This document shows, in pieces, positions 9,230-18,976 of a stretch of 64,000 nt of DNA. The notes under the pieces were generated by a model. The model had not been told where the DNA came from, did not search any database, and worked only from the letters and a program-made list of their open reading frames with translations. The position numbers and the translations under genes were made by a program. Origin of the DNA: Acutalibacteraceae bacterium (lineage in GTDB: Bacteria; Bacillota; Clostridia; Oscillospirales; Acutalibacteraceae); the NCBI GenBank assembly GCA_045642705.1, contig JAZUJK010000007.1, forward strand, positions 31,736-95,735, given 5' to 3'. The number at the start of each line of letters is the position of its first letter. Position 1 is the first letter of the stretch.

Positions 9230-9363
9230 AATTCCGCCTCCCATTATAGTCTCAAGTCGGTTGAATGACCGACATAATTACTCCTAAATTATACAATATT
9301 TTGCCTTGATATTCAATCACTATTATTGTATTATTATTCTCATAAATAAAGGAAGTGGAAGCA

Positions 9364-10371
9364 ATGGACGGACTTTTTATTCCAGAAGGCTATGAGTCAA
9401 AATTATCATTAAAAGAGACTCAGAGAGCAATTAAACTTACAAAGGATACTTTCCAGAACAACCTCGCTCGTGCACTCAATCTCGACCGTGTCACCGCCCC
9501 TGTTATCGTACGCAGTGGCTGTGGTATCAACGACGACTTGAATGGCGTTGAGCGCAAGGTTTCTTTTGACATGCAGAGCATCGGTGGAAATGCCGAAGTT
9601 GTACAGTCTCTTGCTAAATGGAAACGTATGGCTCTCAAGAGATATCACTATCAGCCAGGTGAAGGAATTTATACAGATATGTCAGCTATTCGTCGCGACG
9701 ATAGCTGCGATAACACCCATTCAATTTACGTTGACCAGTGGGACTGGGAACGTGTAATCAATGCTTCCAACCGTACAGAAGACTTCCTAAAAGGTATCGT
9801 AAGACTCATTGTAAATGCACTTGTTGACACCAAGGAAAAGGTAAATCTTGTATATCCTCAGCTCACATGCAATATGGAGCGCGACGTCTTCTTCATTACG
9901 TCAGAGGAACTGCTCCAGATGTATCCAGACCTTGATTCCAAGGCACGTGAGAATAAAATTACACAGGAGAAGAAGACTGTTTTCCTTATGAAAATCGGCG
10001 GTAAGCTCTCAAATGGTGAGCGCCACGACGGTCGTGCTCCTGACTATGATGACTGGGAACTCAATGGTGATATTCTCGTATGGGACGAGATACTCGGTTC
10101 CGCACTTGAGTTATCATCTATGGGTATCCGCGTTGATTCCAAATCAATGAAGGCGCAGTTAAAACTCGCCGACGCTGAGGATAGATTGCAATATGCATAT
10201 CATCAGGGCGTTATCGATGGCACTCTCCCACTTACAATCGGCGGAGGCATCGGTCAGTCACGTATGTGTATGTATATGCTCGAGAAGGCTCATATAGGTG
10301 AAGTGCAGGTATCCGTATGGCCTGATGAAATGATTGATCTGTGTACAGAGAACGAAATTAAATTATTATGA
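9364..10371 (+). CDS. asnA: Aspartate--ammonia ligase (asparagine synthetase A)
   Basis: The whole length reads as AsnA (class II aaRS-like): KETQRAIKLTKDTFQNNLARALNLDRVTAPVIV, RRDD..DNTHSIYVDQWDWE and GGGIGQSRMCMYML. The ATG at 9364 is preceded by AAGGAAG. Confidence 0.9.
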   Translation: MDGLFIPEGYESKLSLKETQRAIKLTKDTFQNNLARALNLDRVTAPVIVRSGCGINDDLNGVERKVSFDMQSIGGNAEVVQSLAKWKRMALKRYHYQPGEGIYTDMSAIRRDDSCDNTHSIYVDQWDWERVINASNRTEDFLKGIVRLIVNALVDTKEKVNLVYPQLTCNMERDVFFITSEELLQMYPDLDSKARENKITQEKKTVFLMKIGGKLSNGERHDGRAPDYDDWELNGDILVWDEILGSALELSSMGIRVDSKSMKAQLKLADAEDRLQYAYHQGVIDGTLPLTIGGGIGQSRMCMYMLEKAHIGEVQVSVWPDEMIDLCTENEIKLL

Positions 10372-11315
10372 TTAATAAGAAAATTATATATGGCCTCGGT
10401 TGCGGGGCCATTTCCATTTCACTTGTAGTTGCTGATATATTGCAACAAAAAGTAATTGGAATAGACAAGAACGCGCCACAGTCAAGTGGCAAGGACAAGG
10501 GAATGCTCGTTGAGCGTGACCTCCTCAATCCTATCGAGAAGGAAGGTAAGGACTGGTTCCTATCTCAGAACTATCGCGAAGTTCATATGATGAACAAGCG
10601 CGGTGAAAATCTCTGTGGTTACTTCCTTCCACCAAAAGATGGATGCAATGTTGTAGCATTCCTCATCCATGGTTATAAGTCAAATGCATTCCGCAATCCA
10701 ATGCTCTTCGCAAGGCATTATCATGAGGAATATGGCTATGGCGTATTTACAATGGACCACACAGGTATGGGCAAGAGTGAAGGTCATTATGTAGGATTCT
10801 CTGGCTATGAATCAGATGACTGTCTCCTCTGGCTCCAATATATCAAGGAGAACCTCGGTGATTACCAATTCATCATCCACGGTGTATCCATGGGCGGTGC
10901 AACCGTATGCCAGATGGCCGGCAAGGACTTGCCATCTAGTGTAAAATTTGCCATCGACGATTGCGGTTTCACCGGTGGAAAGCAACAGATCGCATATGAG
11001 TTGCAAGTAAGACATGTACCTGTTCACCCACTGATTGAAGTACTTAGCTTTGTCAACAAGATCAAGGCCGGATATACACTGGGTTATGCCGATGCGCACA
11101 AGAGAATATATGATGCGAAATGCCCTATTCTCTTTATACACGGTGAGGATGACGGATTTGTTCCTGCAAGAATGGGACGCGAGATGTATAGCGCGTGTCC
11201 TACTGAAAAGGAACTTGTCATAATTGACAAGGGCACACATGCTGCCGCTCTCCTATATGATCCAGAACTCTACTGGTCCAAAGTAGATGGATTTATAAAA
11301 AAGTATATTAAATAA
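10368..11315 (+). CDS. Alpha/beta hydrolase (membrane-anchored serine hydrolase)
   Basis: It has an N-terminal TM helix, an HGY oxyanion region, the nucleophile elbow GVSMGG and a late HG.DD block. An ATGA start/stop overlap with asnA indicates translational coupling. Confidence 0.7.
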   Translation: MINKKIIYGLGCGAISISLVVADILQQKVIGIDKNAPQSSGKDKGMLVERDLLNPIEKEGKDWFLSQNYREVHMMNKRGENLCGYFLPPKDGCNVVAFLIHGYKSNAFRNPMLFARHYHEEYGYGVFTMDHTGMGKSEGHYVGFSGYESDDCLLWLQYIKENLGDYQFIIHGVSMGGATVCQMAGKDLPSSVKFAIDDCGFTGGKQQIAYELQVRHVPVHPLIEVLSFVNKIKAGYTLGYADAHKRIYDAKCPILFIHGEDDGFVPARMGREMYSACPTEKELVIIDKGTHAAALLYDPELYWSKVDGFIKKYIK

Positions 11316-11317
11316 TT

Positions 11318-11346
11318 AAAAGGCTCCCATTTTGGGAGCCTTTTTT
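11318..11346. terminator. Bidirectional intrinsic terminator
   Basis: AAAAGGCTCCC-ATTTT-GGGAGCCTTTTTT lies between convergent genes. Confidence 0.7.
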
Positions 11347-12256
11347 ATATCTCTTCTATCGCTAGAAGTACTATTCCGATAAGTAGCAAGAAAATTGAAA
11401 TGTATTGAGCTCTTGCGAGTTTCTCTTTTAGGAATATTCTCGCGAGCATTACAGATATTATGCAATAAGCTGCAATAACTGGTGCTGCAACCTCTGCCCT
11501 GCCTGAGAGCGCATATACATAAGTAAATTGTCCTGCGGTCTCACAAATGGCGGCAAGAGGTCTGCTGCCACCGACACCTGGTGACAGTGGCTCTCTCTTA
11601 ATAAGCACAACATAGATAGCAAGCACAATTGCAACAATGAAGAATGTAAGTTCATATGAGATATTGGCCACATCTTCAAAATTTGCTTCGGTCACAGAGA
11701 GAAGCGGTGTTGTACTAATATCGTCGAGATAATAGCCGTCAAGGAATGTACCGAGCGAATCTATTACCGCATATATAATTGGCATAAAGAAAGCGACAAA
11801 GCCTATCTTATACTTCTTATCGCCATCCTCTGCCTCCTCACGTCTCTCAAATGCGCCGAGCACTATAACACCTAGTGTTACAAGCACTATTGCAACAAGT
11901 GACATCGCATCCGGCAAACGCCTTAGTACTATGCATAGGAGTATGCATGATATTGCGCCTGATGCATTCTGTATCGGGCTCGATATCGAGAGAGCAAGAT
12001 AGCGCAGACCGAAATATCCAACCGTCATAGATAGAATATACATAAGCGATACAGGCAGATAGACATATAAATTTCTAAAATCATAATCTATGCCCCGTAT
12101 AAGCATGGTCGCGATTGCAGTTATGCCCATGACAAATCCGACATATATAGTTGTCTTGATATGTGAAAAACGCTCCTCGCTATTGGCACCACGCTTGTAA
12201 AACAAGTCAGCTATGCCCCAGGCGCCGAGCGTTATCACTGTGTATATAAGCCACAT
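11345..12256 (-). CDS. EamA/DMT superfamily transporter
   Basis: 303 aa with 10 predicted TM spans arranged as two 5-TM halves, which is typical EamA composition. The RBS AGGGA lies 9 nt after the ynbB stop. Confidence 0.65.
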   Translation of the reverse strand: MWLIYTVITLGAWGIADLFYKRGANSEERFSHIKTTIYVGFVMGITAIATMLIRGIDYDFRNLYVYLPVSLMYILSMTVGYFGLRYLALSISSPIQNASGAISCILLCIVLRRLPDAMSLVAIVLVTLGVIVLGAFERREEAEDGDKKYKIGFVAFFMPIIYAVIDSLGTFLDGYYLDDISTTPLLSVTEANFEDVANISYELTFFIVAIVLAIYVVLIKREPLSPGVGGSRPLAAICETAGQFTYVYALSGRAEVAAPVIAAYCIISVMLARIFLKEKLARAQYISIFLLLIGIVLLAIEEI

Positions 12257-12265
12257 ATTATTTCC

Positions 12266-13549
12266 CTAAATTTCAATAAGTCCTGCATCAAGGAGTTTCT
12301 GCATTGACATCATTATGCCGAGCTTGGCATGTGGGAATGTAAGTCCTCCTTGGAAATATACAGCATAAGGTGGACGGATAGGTCCATCTGCTGAGAGTTC
12401 AATTGATGAGCCCTGTACGAAAGCGCCCGCTGCCATAATTACATCATCACTGTAACCAGGGATTGCCTCTGGTACTGGTGTGAAATAACTATCAACAGGA
12501 GCTGCTGCCTGAATTCCTTCACAGAATGCGCACATAGCCTCAGCTGAGCCGAGTTCTACTGACTGAATTATGTCGTGGCGAGGCTCCGTGCCATTTGGCA
12601 ATACGTGGAAGCCGAGCGTCTCATATGCACGCGCTGCAAAGATAGCGCCTTTCAGTGCGCCAGCTGTTACAGTCGGTGCGAGGAAAAGGCCTTGGTAGAG
12701 GCGTGTGTTGAGCTCGAGGCTCGCACCGACGTCCCCACCTATTCCAGGCGCTGTAAGGCGGTTCATGCAGCGCGCGATAAGTTCACGTCTGCCACAGATA
12801 TATCCGCCGATTGGAGCAAGTCCACCACCTGGATTCTTGATAAGAGAACCAACAACGAGATCAGCGCCGACATCAGATGGCTCAATTGTCTCAACAAATT
12901 CACCATAACAGTTATCTACCATCACAATGACATCAGGCTTAATCTGCTTGATAAACATTGTGAGTTCCCCTATCTCCTTAACGGAGAAGGTTGGGCGCAT
13001 TGCATAACCCTTGGAGCGCTGTATCTCAACGAGTTTGGTTTTCTCATTTATTGCGCGTCTGATATTGTCATAATCAAATGAGCCATCAGGAAGTAAATCA
13101 ACCTGTCTATATGACACACCATATTCCTTGAGCGAACCGATTCCATCACGGATACCGATTACTTCCTCCAATGTGTCATATGGCTTGCCAACTGGTGATA
13201 ACATCTCATCACCAGGTAGCAAATTAGCGGATAGAGCAATTGCAAGTGCATGCGTACCGCATGTTATCTGACCGCGCACAAGGGCTGCTTCCGTATGGAA
13301 GATGGAGGCATAAACTGCCTCGAGGGTATCACGACCCAAGTCGTCGTGACCATAGCCCGTTGTGCCCGCAAAACAGCCCGCGTTTACGCGATTGTCCTGC
13401 ATGGCCTTGATAACCTTCATTTGATTGTACTCTGCTACCGCATCGATATCGCGAAAACGCGCATCAAGTTCCCCTAGAATTTTCTCAGAGAAATCATATA
13501 CTTTGTCACCAATACCGAGTGCTCTATACATTTCATTCGAATTATTCAT
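12266..13549 (-). CDS. ynbB: YnbB / methionine gamma-lyase-family PLP protein (the so-called aluminium resistance protein family)
   Basis: 427 aa. The N-terminus ...VAEYNQMKVIKAMQDNRVNAGCFAGTTGYGHDDLGRDTLE... and the block SLIKNPGGGLAPIGGY (PLP lysine region) match the YnbB family as I remember it. Its start overlaps the livF stop (TAATG). Confidence 0.7.
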   Translation of the reverse strand: MNNSNEMYRALGIGDKVYDFSEKILGELDARFRDIDAVAEYNQMKVIKAMQDNRVNAGCFAGTTGYGHDDLGRDTLEAVYASIFHTEAALVRGQITCGTHALAIALSANLLPGDEMLSPVGKPYDTLEEVIGIRDGIGSLKEYGVSYRQVDLLPDGSFDYDNIRRAINEKTKLVEIQRSKGYAMRPTFSVKEIGELTMFIKQIKPDVIVMVDNCYGEFVETIEPSDVGADLVVGSLIKNPGGGLAPIGGYICGRRELIARCMNRLTAPGIGGDVGASLELNTRLYQGLFLAPTVTAGALKGAIFAARAYETLGFHVLPNGTEPRHDIIQSVELGSAEAMCAFCEGIQAAAPVDSYFTPVPEAIPGYSDDVIMAAGAFVQGSSIELSADGPIRPPYAVYFQGGLTFPHAKLGIMMSMQKLLDAGLIEI

Positions 13550-14268
13550 TAGTTCTTTTTCTTTCCAAGATAAGCTTCTTTTATAGTATCGTCCTCGAGA
13601 AGGTCAAGACCAGCACGATTAGTTGTGATATTACCTGTCTCAAGTACATATGCCCAGTCTGCTGTCTCGAGAGCCATAAATGCATTCTGCTCGATAAGAA
13701 GTACTGTGATACCTGCATCGTTGATTGTCTTGATAATCTTGAAAATATCAGCAACAACGAGTGGTGCAAGACCAAGAGAAGGCTCATCCATCATGATGAG
13801 CTCTGGCTTGCTCATAAGTGCACGGGCAACAGCGAGCATCTGCTGCTCACCACCTGAGAGTGTACCAGCAAGCTGCCACTCACGTTCCTTGAGTCGTGGG
13901 AATAATTCATATACGTACTCATAGTCAGCTGTGAGATCATCCTTGCGGAGATAAGCACCCATGCGAAGGTTTTCCTTTACTGTGAGGTTAGGAAAAACTC
14001 GACGTCCCTCCGGTACCAATACGACACCGGCACTTACTATCTTATCTGGTGACAAACCAATAAGTTCCTGGCCCTTGTACTTGATAGAGCCACTCTTTGG
14101 TTTTACAAGACCAGCGATAGTCTTAAGTGTTGTAGACTTTCCGGCACCGTTTGATCCGATAAGGGTTACGATCTGTCCATCATATACATCTAGGGAGATA
14201 CCTTTAACTGCTTCGATACCACCATAAGACACACAGAGGTCTTTTATTTCAAGTATCTTATCACTCAT
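13549..14268 (-). CDS. livF: Branched-chain/hydrophobic amino-acid ABC transporter ATP-binding protein (LivF type)
   Basis: Walker A GSNGAGKST, signature LSGGEQQML and Walker B LIMMDEPS. The size and C-terminus are typical of LivF. Confidence 0.85.
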   Translation of the reverse strand: MSDKILEIKDLCVSYGGIEAVKGISLDVYDGQIVTLIGSNGAGKSTTLKTIAGLVKPKSGSIKYKGQELIGLSPDKIVSAGVVLVPEGRRVFPNLTVKENLRMGAYLRKDDLTADYEYVYELFPRLKEREWQLAGTLSGGEQQMLAVARALMSKPELIMMDEPSLGLAPLVVADIFKIIKTINDAGITVLLIEQNAFMALETADWAYVLETGNITTNRAGLDLLEDDTIKEAYLGKKKN

Positions 14269-15106
14269 CGTCAGCTACCCCCAAATAAGCCTCAATAACA
14301 AGTGGATTCTTCTGAATCTCACTTGGAACACCATCGGCAATCATCTTACCAAAGTCGATAACATAAATATGATCTGAGATATCCATAACGAGGTTCATAT
14401 GGTGCTCAATTAGGAATATTGTCAAATTATACTTGTCACGAATCTCCTTGATAAATGCTGCGAGTTCCTCTGTCTCCTGTGGATTCATACCAGCCGCTGG
14501 CTCGTCGAGGAGGAGAAGCTTTGGCTCGGATGCGAGCGCACGTGCAATCTCCAAGCGACGCTGAATACCATAAGGAAGGCTTGTCGCAATATCGTCCTTG
14601 AACGCATCAAGGCCCTGCTCGCGTAGGAGTTCCATTGTCTCCTCACGCATACGCTTCTCCTCCTTGGCATTGCCACGGAAGGTTGCGCTAAATACGTTTT
14701 GATTTGCACGCATATGCTTAGCAGTCAAAACGTTATCAAATACAGTCATACTCTTCCAGAGTCTGATGTTCTGGAATGTACGGGATATACCCTTTTCTGT
14801 AATCTTATCCGGTGTCAATGCAACAACCTCACCGAGGTACTTGTCGCCATTCTCACCGAGATAGTTCTTCTTCATCTTGCCTGATGGATGGTTGCGAACG
14901 ATAGGCTCGCCCATGAATTCAACAAGACCATTTGTAGGCTCATATACGCCTGTGATGCAGTTGAAGGCTGTTGTCTTGCCGGCACCATTTGGTCCGATAA
15001 GAGCTACAATCTTGCCCTCTGGAATATCGAGGGACAAATTGTTAACGGCAACGACACCGCCGAACTGCATTGTAATATTTTCTACATGGAGGACATTATC
15101 ACTCAT
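14261..15106 (-). CDS. livG: Branched-chain amino-acid ABC transporter ATP-binding protein (LivG type)
   Basis: Walker A GPNGAGKTT, a LivG-specific insertion after Walker A, signature LPYGIQRRLEIARAL and LLLLDEPAAG. Confidence 0.85.
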   Translation of the reverse strand: MSDNVLHVENITMQFGGVVAVNNLSLDIPEGKIVALIGPNGAGKTTAFNCITGVYEPTNGLVEFMGEPIVRNHPSGKMKKNYLGENGDKYLGEVVALTPDKITEKGISRTFQNIRLWKSMTVFDNVLTAKHMRANQNVFSATFRGNAKEEKRMREETMELLREQGLDAFKDDIATSLPYGIQRRLEIARALASEPKLLLLDEPAAGMNPQETEELAAFIKEIRDKYNLTIFLIEHHMNLVMDISDHIYVIDFGKMIADGVPSEIQKNPLVIEAYLGVADDE

Positions 15107-16283
15107 TTGTCTCGCCCTCCTTAATCTCTTTTACTTTTTTCTTACGCCTAAACAGATCCGGCAACTCCTTGTCGCCCATGATACCCTGACGGAAGAAAAG
15201 AACAACAATCATAATGATGATTGAGAAAACTACCATACGGAAACCGTTCTTTAAAAGTGGAACCTGAACGCCACCAATATACATTGGGTTGTCGAGGAAA
15301 CGAAGTAACCACTCTGAGCATGCGATATAGAGGAATGATGCGATGCAGCTACCTGATACAGAACCGATACCACCAATTACAACGATGAGAAGAATCTCAT
15401 AGGTCATAGCAGATGTAAATATTTTAGCCTGAACAGTTGATGCGAACATAGCAAAGAGTGCTCCACCAACGCCTGCGAAGAATGAACTGATGCAGAATGA
15501 AAGCATCTTGTGCTTCGCAAGATTGATACCCATAGCCTCTGCTGCTACCTCATCATCGCGGATTGCCTTGAATGCACGACCGTATGATGAATTGATAAGT
15601 AAAACTATGATTGCGATACAGATACCAGCAATCAAGATTGGTATAAATGAAGAGAGTCTAAATACAACCATCCCGCTATCGTTTCTGATATTAAAATCAG
15701 AAAATGTTGGATATGAACGAAGTGCATTTGCACCATTTGTAACTTTTCCAAGTTTGCCCCATTGGAAAATCGCACGTAGGATTTCAGCAAAACCAAGGGT
15801 AGCAATAGCAAGATAGTCACTCTTGAGTCTCAGTACTGGAAGTCCGATGAGGAATGCGAAGATAGCAGCAACAAGACCTGCTGCGATACATGCAAGAAGT
15901 ACTGTTACAATGAGACCAAATGTCTCACCGAAAATGCCCTTCATCGCATCCGTCAAACTAAATCCAATAGATGAGCCATCAAAGAGATAATAAATCGAAT
16001 CACGAAGGTCACCAGGAATTGTAAGAATAGCGTATGTATAAGCACCGAGAAGCATGAATCCTGCCTGGCCAAGTGAGAAGAGGCCAGTGAAACCATTAAG
16101 TAGGTTCATTGAAACTGCAACAAGTGAATAAACAGCGCCTTTTCGTATTACCGTAAACAAAGGGGATGTAAAACTAATTGTGTTTTCAAGAACAACCGTC
16201 AAAATAATTACTGCAAGTATTACAGATAAAGTAACGAGAGTTCCCACATCGACACGTTTTTTTTCATTCATCATATAGTTCAC
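15099..16283 (-). CDS. livM: Branched-chain amino-acid ABC transporter permease (LivM type)
   Basis: 394-aa polytopic ORF with LNGFTGLFSLGQAGFMLLGAY, typical of LivM. It overlaps the neighbouring liv genes. Confidence 0.8.
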   Translation of the reverse strand: MNYMMNEKKRVDVGTLVTLSVILAVIILTVVLENTISFTSPLFTVIRKGAVYSLVAVSMNLLNGFTGLFSLGQAGFMLLGAYTYAILTIPGDLRDSIYYLFDGSSIGFSLTDAMKGIFGETFGLIVTVLLACIAAGLVAAIFAFLIGLPVLRLKSDYLAIATLGFAEILRAIFQWGKLGKVTNGANALRSYPTFSDFNIRNDSGMVVFRLSSFIPILIAGICIAIIVLLINSSYGRAFKAIRDDEVAAEAMGINLAKHKMLSFCISSFFAGVGGALFAMFASTVQAKIFTSAMTYEILLIVVIGGIGSVSGSCIASFLYIACSEWLLRFLDNPMYIGGVQVPLLKNGFRMVVFSIIIMIVVLFFRQGIMGDKELPDLFRRKKKVKEIKEGETNE

Positions 16284-16288
16284 CCTCC

Positions 16289-17164
16289 TTAAACCTTATC
16301 AGTTACCTTTTCGCCAAAGATACCAGTAGGCTTAACTACAAGGATGATGATAAGAAGTGCAAATGTGAAAGCATCTGAGAATATTGAATAATCGGTACCC
16401 TTAATAAGGGTCTCACAGATACCGATGATAAATGCACCAATTACTGCACCCGGAATAGATCCGATACCGCCAAATACGGCAGCGACGAATGCCTTAAGTC
16501 CTGGCATAGCACCTGACAAAGGGACAACTGTAGGATAGTTTGTGAAATAAAGAAGGCTACCAACTGCTGCAAGGAATGAGCCAATGATGAATGTTACAGA
16601 GATTACTGAGTTAATCTTAACACCCATGAGCTGTGATGTCTCAAAGTCCTTGGATACAGCACGCATAGCAATACCAACCTTGGTATGGTTGATAAGTGTT
16701 GTAAGGAGCGCTACAAGGAGAATAACAAGTATTGGTGTAATAACTGTTACTACGCTTGTTGGCGCGCCAAGAATATGAATTGTATTAGAAATCCATGGTA
16801 TTCTTGTATATGTCTTAGGCTGTCCACCTGTTGCATAGAGTGCAACATTCTGGAGAAGATAGCTGACACCAATTGCTGAAATCATAACAGACATTCTTGG
16901 TGCTGAGCGGAGCGGTCTATATGCTGCACGTTCAATAATGAATCCGAGAAGGACTGTTAAGATGATAGAAATCGGAATGCTGAGATAGATTGGCAGAACA
17001 GTAGACATGTAAACTACGAGAAGTCCGGCAACCATGAATACGTCACCATGGGCGAAGTTGATAAGACGAAGTATGCCATAAACCATCGTATAACCGATAG
17101 CAATCAGAGCATACTGTCCACCAAGTGACACGCCGGAAAGTATCTGAGAAATAATAAATTCCAT
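16289..17164 (-). CDS. livH: Branched-chain amino-acid ABC transporter permease (LivH type)
   Basis: 291 aa, beginning MEFIISQILSGVSLGGQYALIAIGYTMVYGILRLINFAHGD, the canonical LivH N-terminus. Confidence 0.8.
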   Translation of the reverse strand: MEFIISQILSGVSLGGQYALIAIGYTMVYGILRLINFAHGDVFMVAGLLVVYMSTVLPIYLSIPISIILTVLLGFIIERAAYRPLRSAPRMSVMISAIGVSYLLQNVALYATGGQPKTYTRIPWISNTIHILGAPTSVVTVITPILVILLVALLTTLINHTKVGIAMRAVSKDFETSQLMGVKINSVISVTFIIGSFLAAVGSLLYFTNYPTVVPLSGAMPGLKAFVAAVFGGIGSIPGAVIGAFIIGICETLIKGTDYSIFSDAFTFALLIIILVVKPTGIFGEKVTDKV

Positions 17165-17180
17165 AATTTACCTCTATCTG

Positions 17181-17211
17181 TGAAAATCAAGGGGAGCCGA
17201 GTGGGCTCCCC
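17181..17211 (-). terminator. Intercistronic hairpin / partial terminator between the binding-protein and permease genes
   Basis: GGGGAGCC-N5-GGCTCCCC (17211-17191 on the minus strand) is followed by UUGAUUUU. This arrangement is common after ABC binding-protein genes and produces an excess of SBP transcript. Confidence 0.45.
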
Positions 17212-17242
17212 TTGAACTGGTTTATAAGTTTTAACTTAAATC

Positions 17243-18415
17243 TTAGTTAGCTGTCTGCTGTGTCTCAAACACCCAAGAAACATTTGTATTGTCAGAAGTC
17301 TTGATAAATGCTGTATCACGCTTAGCATCACCAGTTTCATCAAATGCGATTGCACCAGATACACCAGTGTATGTAACCTTAGGAAGAGCAGCCTTGATAG
17401 CAGCTGGATCTGCAGAACCTGCAGCCTTGATAGCCTCAAGTGCTACGAAGTAAGCGTCATAACCCATTGCTGTTACAGCAGAGATTGTGTCGTTACCACC
17501 GTTTGTAGCCTTAGCTTCTGCATTGTTGTTGATATATTCCTTGATACCAGCATCGAACTCAGCGTTACCACCCTCAGCATAGAAAGTAGAAACATAGAGT
17601 TTGATATCAGTGTCTTTTACACCATCAAGTACAGTATTATCATCAAGTGTATCAGAACCAATAATTGGGAATTTTGCTTCAAGTTCTGCTGCTTTCTTAA
17701 CAATGTTCTGTGCATAATTGATTGAAACTGGGCAGAAGAAAACATCGCAGCCCTCTGCTTTAGCCTTGTTAATATAAGAACTAAAGTCTCCTGTATCCTT
17801 TATGAAATTATCGGATATTACTGTTCCACCAGCCTTTTCAAAAGCTGAAGTGAAAAATGTAATCAATCCCTGATCATATTCATTTCCAGACTCGCCAAGA
17901 CAATATGCTTTCTTTGCATTAAACTTATCTGCAGCAAAGTTTGCAAGAACTGTGCCCTGGAAAGGATCAAGGAAGCAAATACGGAAGTAGTGATCGTTAC
18001 CAGCTGTTACACCAGGATTAGTACATGTAACACCGAGAGCAGCTATACCAGCATCTTTAAAAATGCTTGATGCTGCCATTGAAACACTTGAGCCATATGA
18101 GCCAAGAACGATAGCAACATTCTTACCAACGAGCTCAGAAGCTGCTGTTGGAGCCTTAGCTACATCTGAAGCATTATCAGCATATACGAGTTCTACTTTG
18201 TATTCCTCGTTGCCGATAGTAACTGTAGGACACTTGGAGTTAGCATACTGCATACCAAGCATTTCCTTCTTTCCGCCTGCGCCTGAGTCGCCTGATGCTG
18301 GCTCAAATACGCCAATACGGATAACCTTTTCACCTGCGCCTGCTGGTGCTGCTGAACATCCAGCGAAGCAGAGAATCATTGCAAGTACCATTACAAGTGC
18401 AATTATTCTTTTCAT
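17243..18415 (-). CDS. Amino-acid ABC transporter substrate-binding lipoprotein (LivJ/K, Peripla_BP_6 type)
   Basis: Signal peptide with the lipobox CFAGC. The mature part reads IRIGVFEPASGD...VLGSYGSS..., the type I PBP pattern of Leu/Ile/Val-binding proteins. Confidence 0.8.
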   Translation of the reverse strand: MKRIIALVMVLAMILCFAGCSAAPAGAGEKVIRIGVFEPASGDSGAGGKKEMLGMQYANSKCPTVTIGNEEYKVELVYADNASDVAKAPTAASELVGKNVAIVLGSYGSSVSMAASSIFKDAGIAALGVTCTNPGVTAGNDHYFRICFLDPFQGTVLANFAADKFNAKKAYCLGESGNEYDQGLITFFTSAFEKAGGTVISDNFIKDTGDFSSYINKAKAEGCDVFFCPVSINYAQNIVKKAAELEAKFPIIGSDTLDDNTVLDGVKDTDIKLYVSTFYAEGGNAEFDAGIKEYINNNAEAKATNGGNDTISAVTAMGYDAYFVALEAIKAAGSADPAAIKAALPKVTYTGVSGAIAFDETGDAKRDTAFIKTSDNTNVSWVFETQQTAN

Positions 18416-18456
18416 AAATAACTCTCCTTTTATATATAAAATATAATACGCAAGAA

Positions 18457-18485
18457 ATTATAATAAAAAATTGCATTTTAGTCAA
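18457..18485 (-). promoter_or_regulatory. Promoter of the liv-ynbB-eamA operon
   Basis: TTGACT (18485-18480), 17 nt, TATAAT (18462-18457), ~40 nt upstream of the RBS AAGGAGAG. Confidence 0.6.
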
Positions 18486-18494
18486 CAATTTGGA

Positions 18495-18968
18495 TTAAAG
18501 TTGCTTTTCAAGGCAGTCCTTATATTGGAGCAGGAATGCCTTGATTTTATTCATTTCTACAATGTATTTATCTATGTCGCGTATGAGCCATGGGTCTGGT
18601 ACAGGGGCATATTTGCCGGTTGCTGCCTCTGAGAGTGTTTTGAATTTTTTATGCCACCAAACTGGCAAAAGCAACTTGTGTCCCTTGGTCATTCCGATGA
18701 TAATATCGGCTTCACGGAAGAGTTTCCAATCATAAGGTCTAAGTATAAAACCAGGTTTATGACTGTTTACATATTCCCTATCAAATCCCTCTCGGATAAG
18801 GGCTTCCGCTGTATTGGGATCTATTGCTGGAACCGGACTCATGACAGCTGATGACTTGACCTCAACCTTGCCACGTAGGATGTCCGACTCCTCCACCATA
18901 CGCCTAAACATGTACTCACAATATGGGCTTCTGCACATATTTTGCGAGCAGACAAATAATACTTTCAT
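18495..18968 (-). CDS. Low-molecular-weight phosphotyrosine-phosphatase-family protein
   Basis: P-loop VCSQNMCRSP (CX5R-S, with Q where G is usual) and a downstream VPDPW (DP acid loop). 157 aa. Confidence 0.7.
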   Translation of the reverse strand: MKVLFVCSQNMCRSPYCEYMFRRMVEESDILRGKVEVKSSAVMSPVPAIDPNTAEALIREGFDREYVNSHKPGFILRPYDWKLFREADIIIGMTKGHKLLLPVWWHKKFKTLSEAATGKYAPVPDPWLIRDIDKYIVEMNKIKAFLLQYKDCLEKQL

Positions 18969-18976
18969 AGTGCTCC

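Noticed and set aside
10365-10371. The asnA/hydrolase ATGA overlap as evidence of a functional link.
   Set aside because: The translational coupling is real in the sequence. Such 4-nt overlaps are very common in compact Firmicute genomes, and I see no biochemical rationale linking AsnA to a membrane serine hydrolase. I noted it in the feature evidence only.
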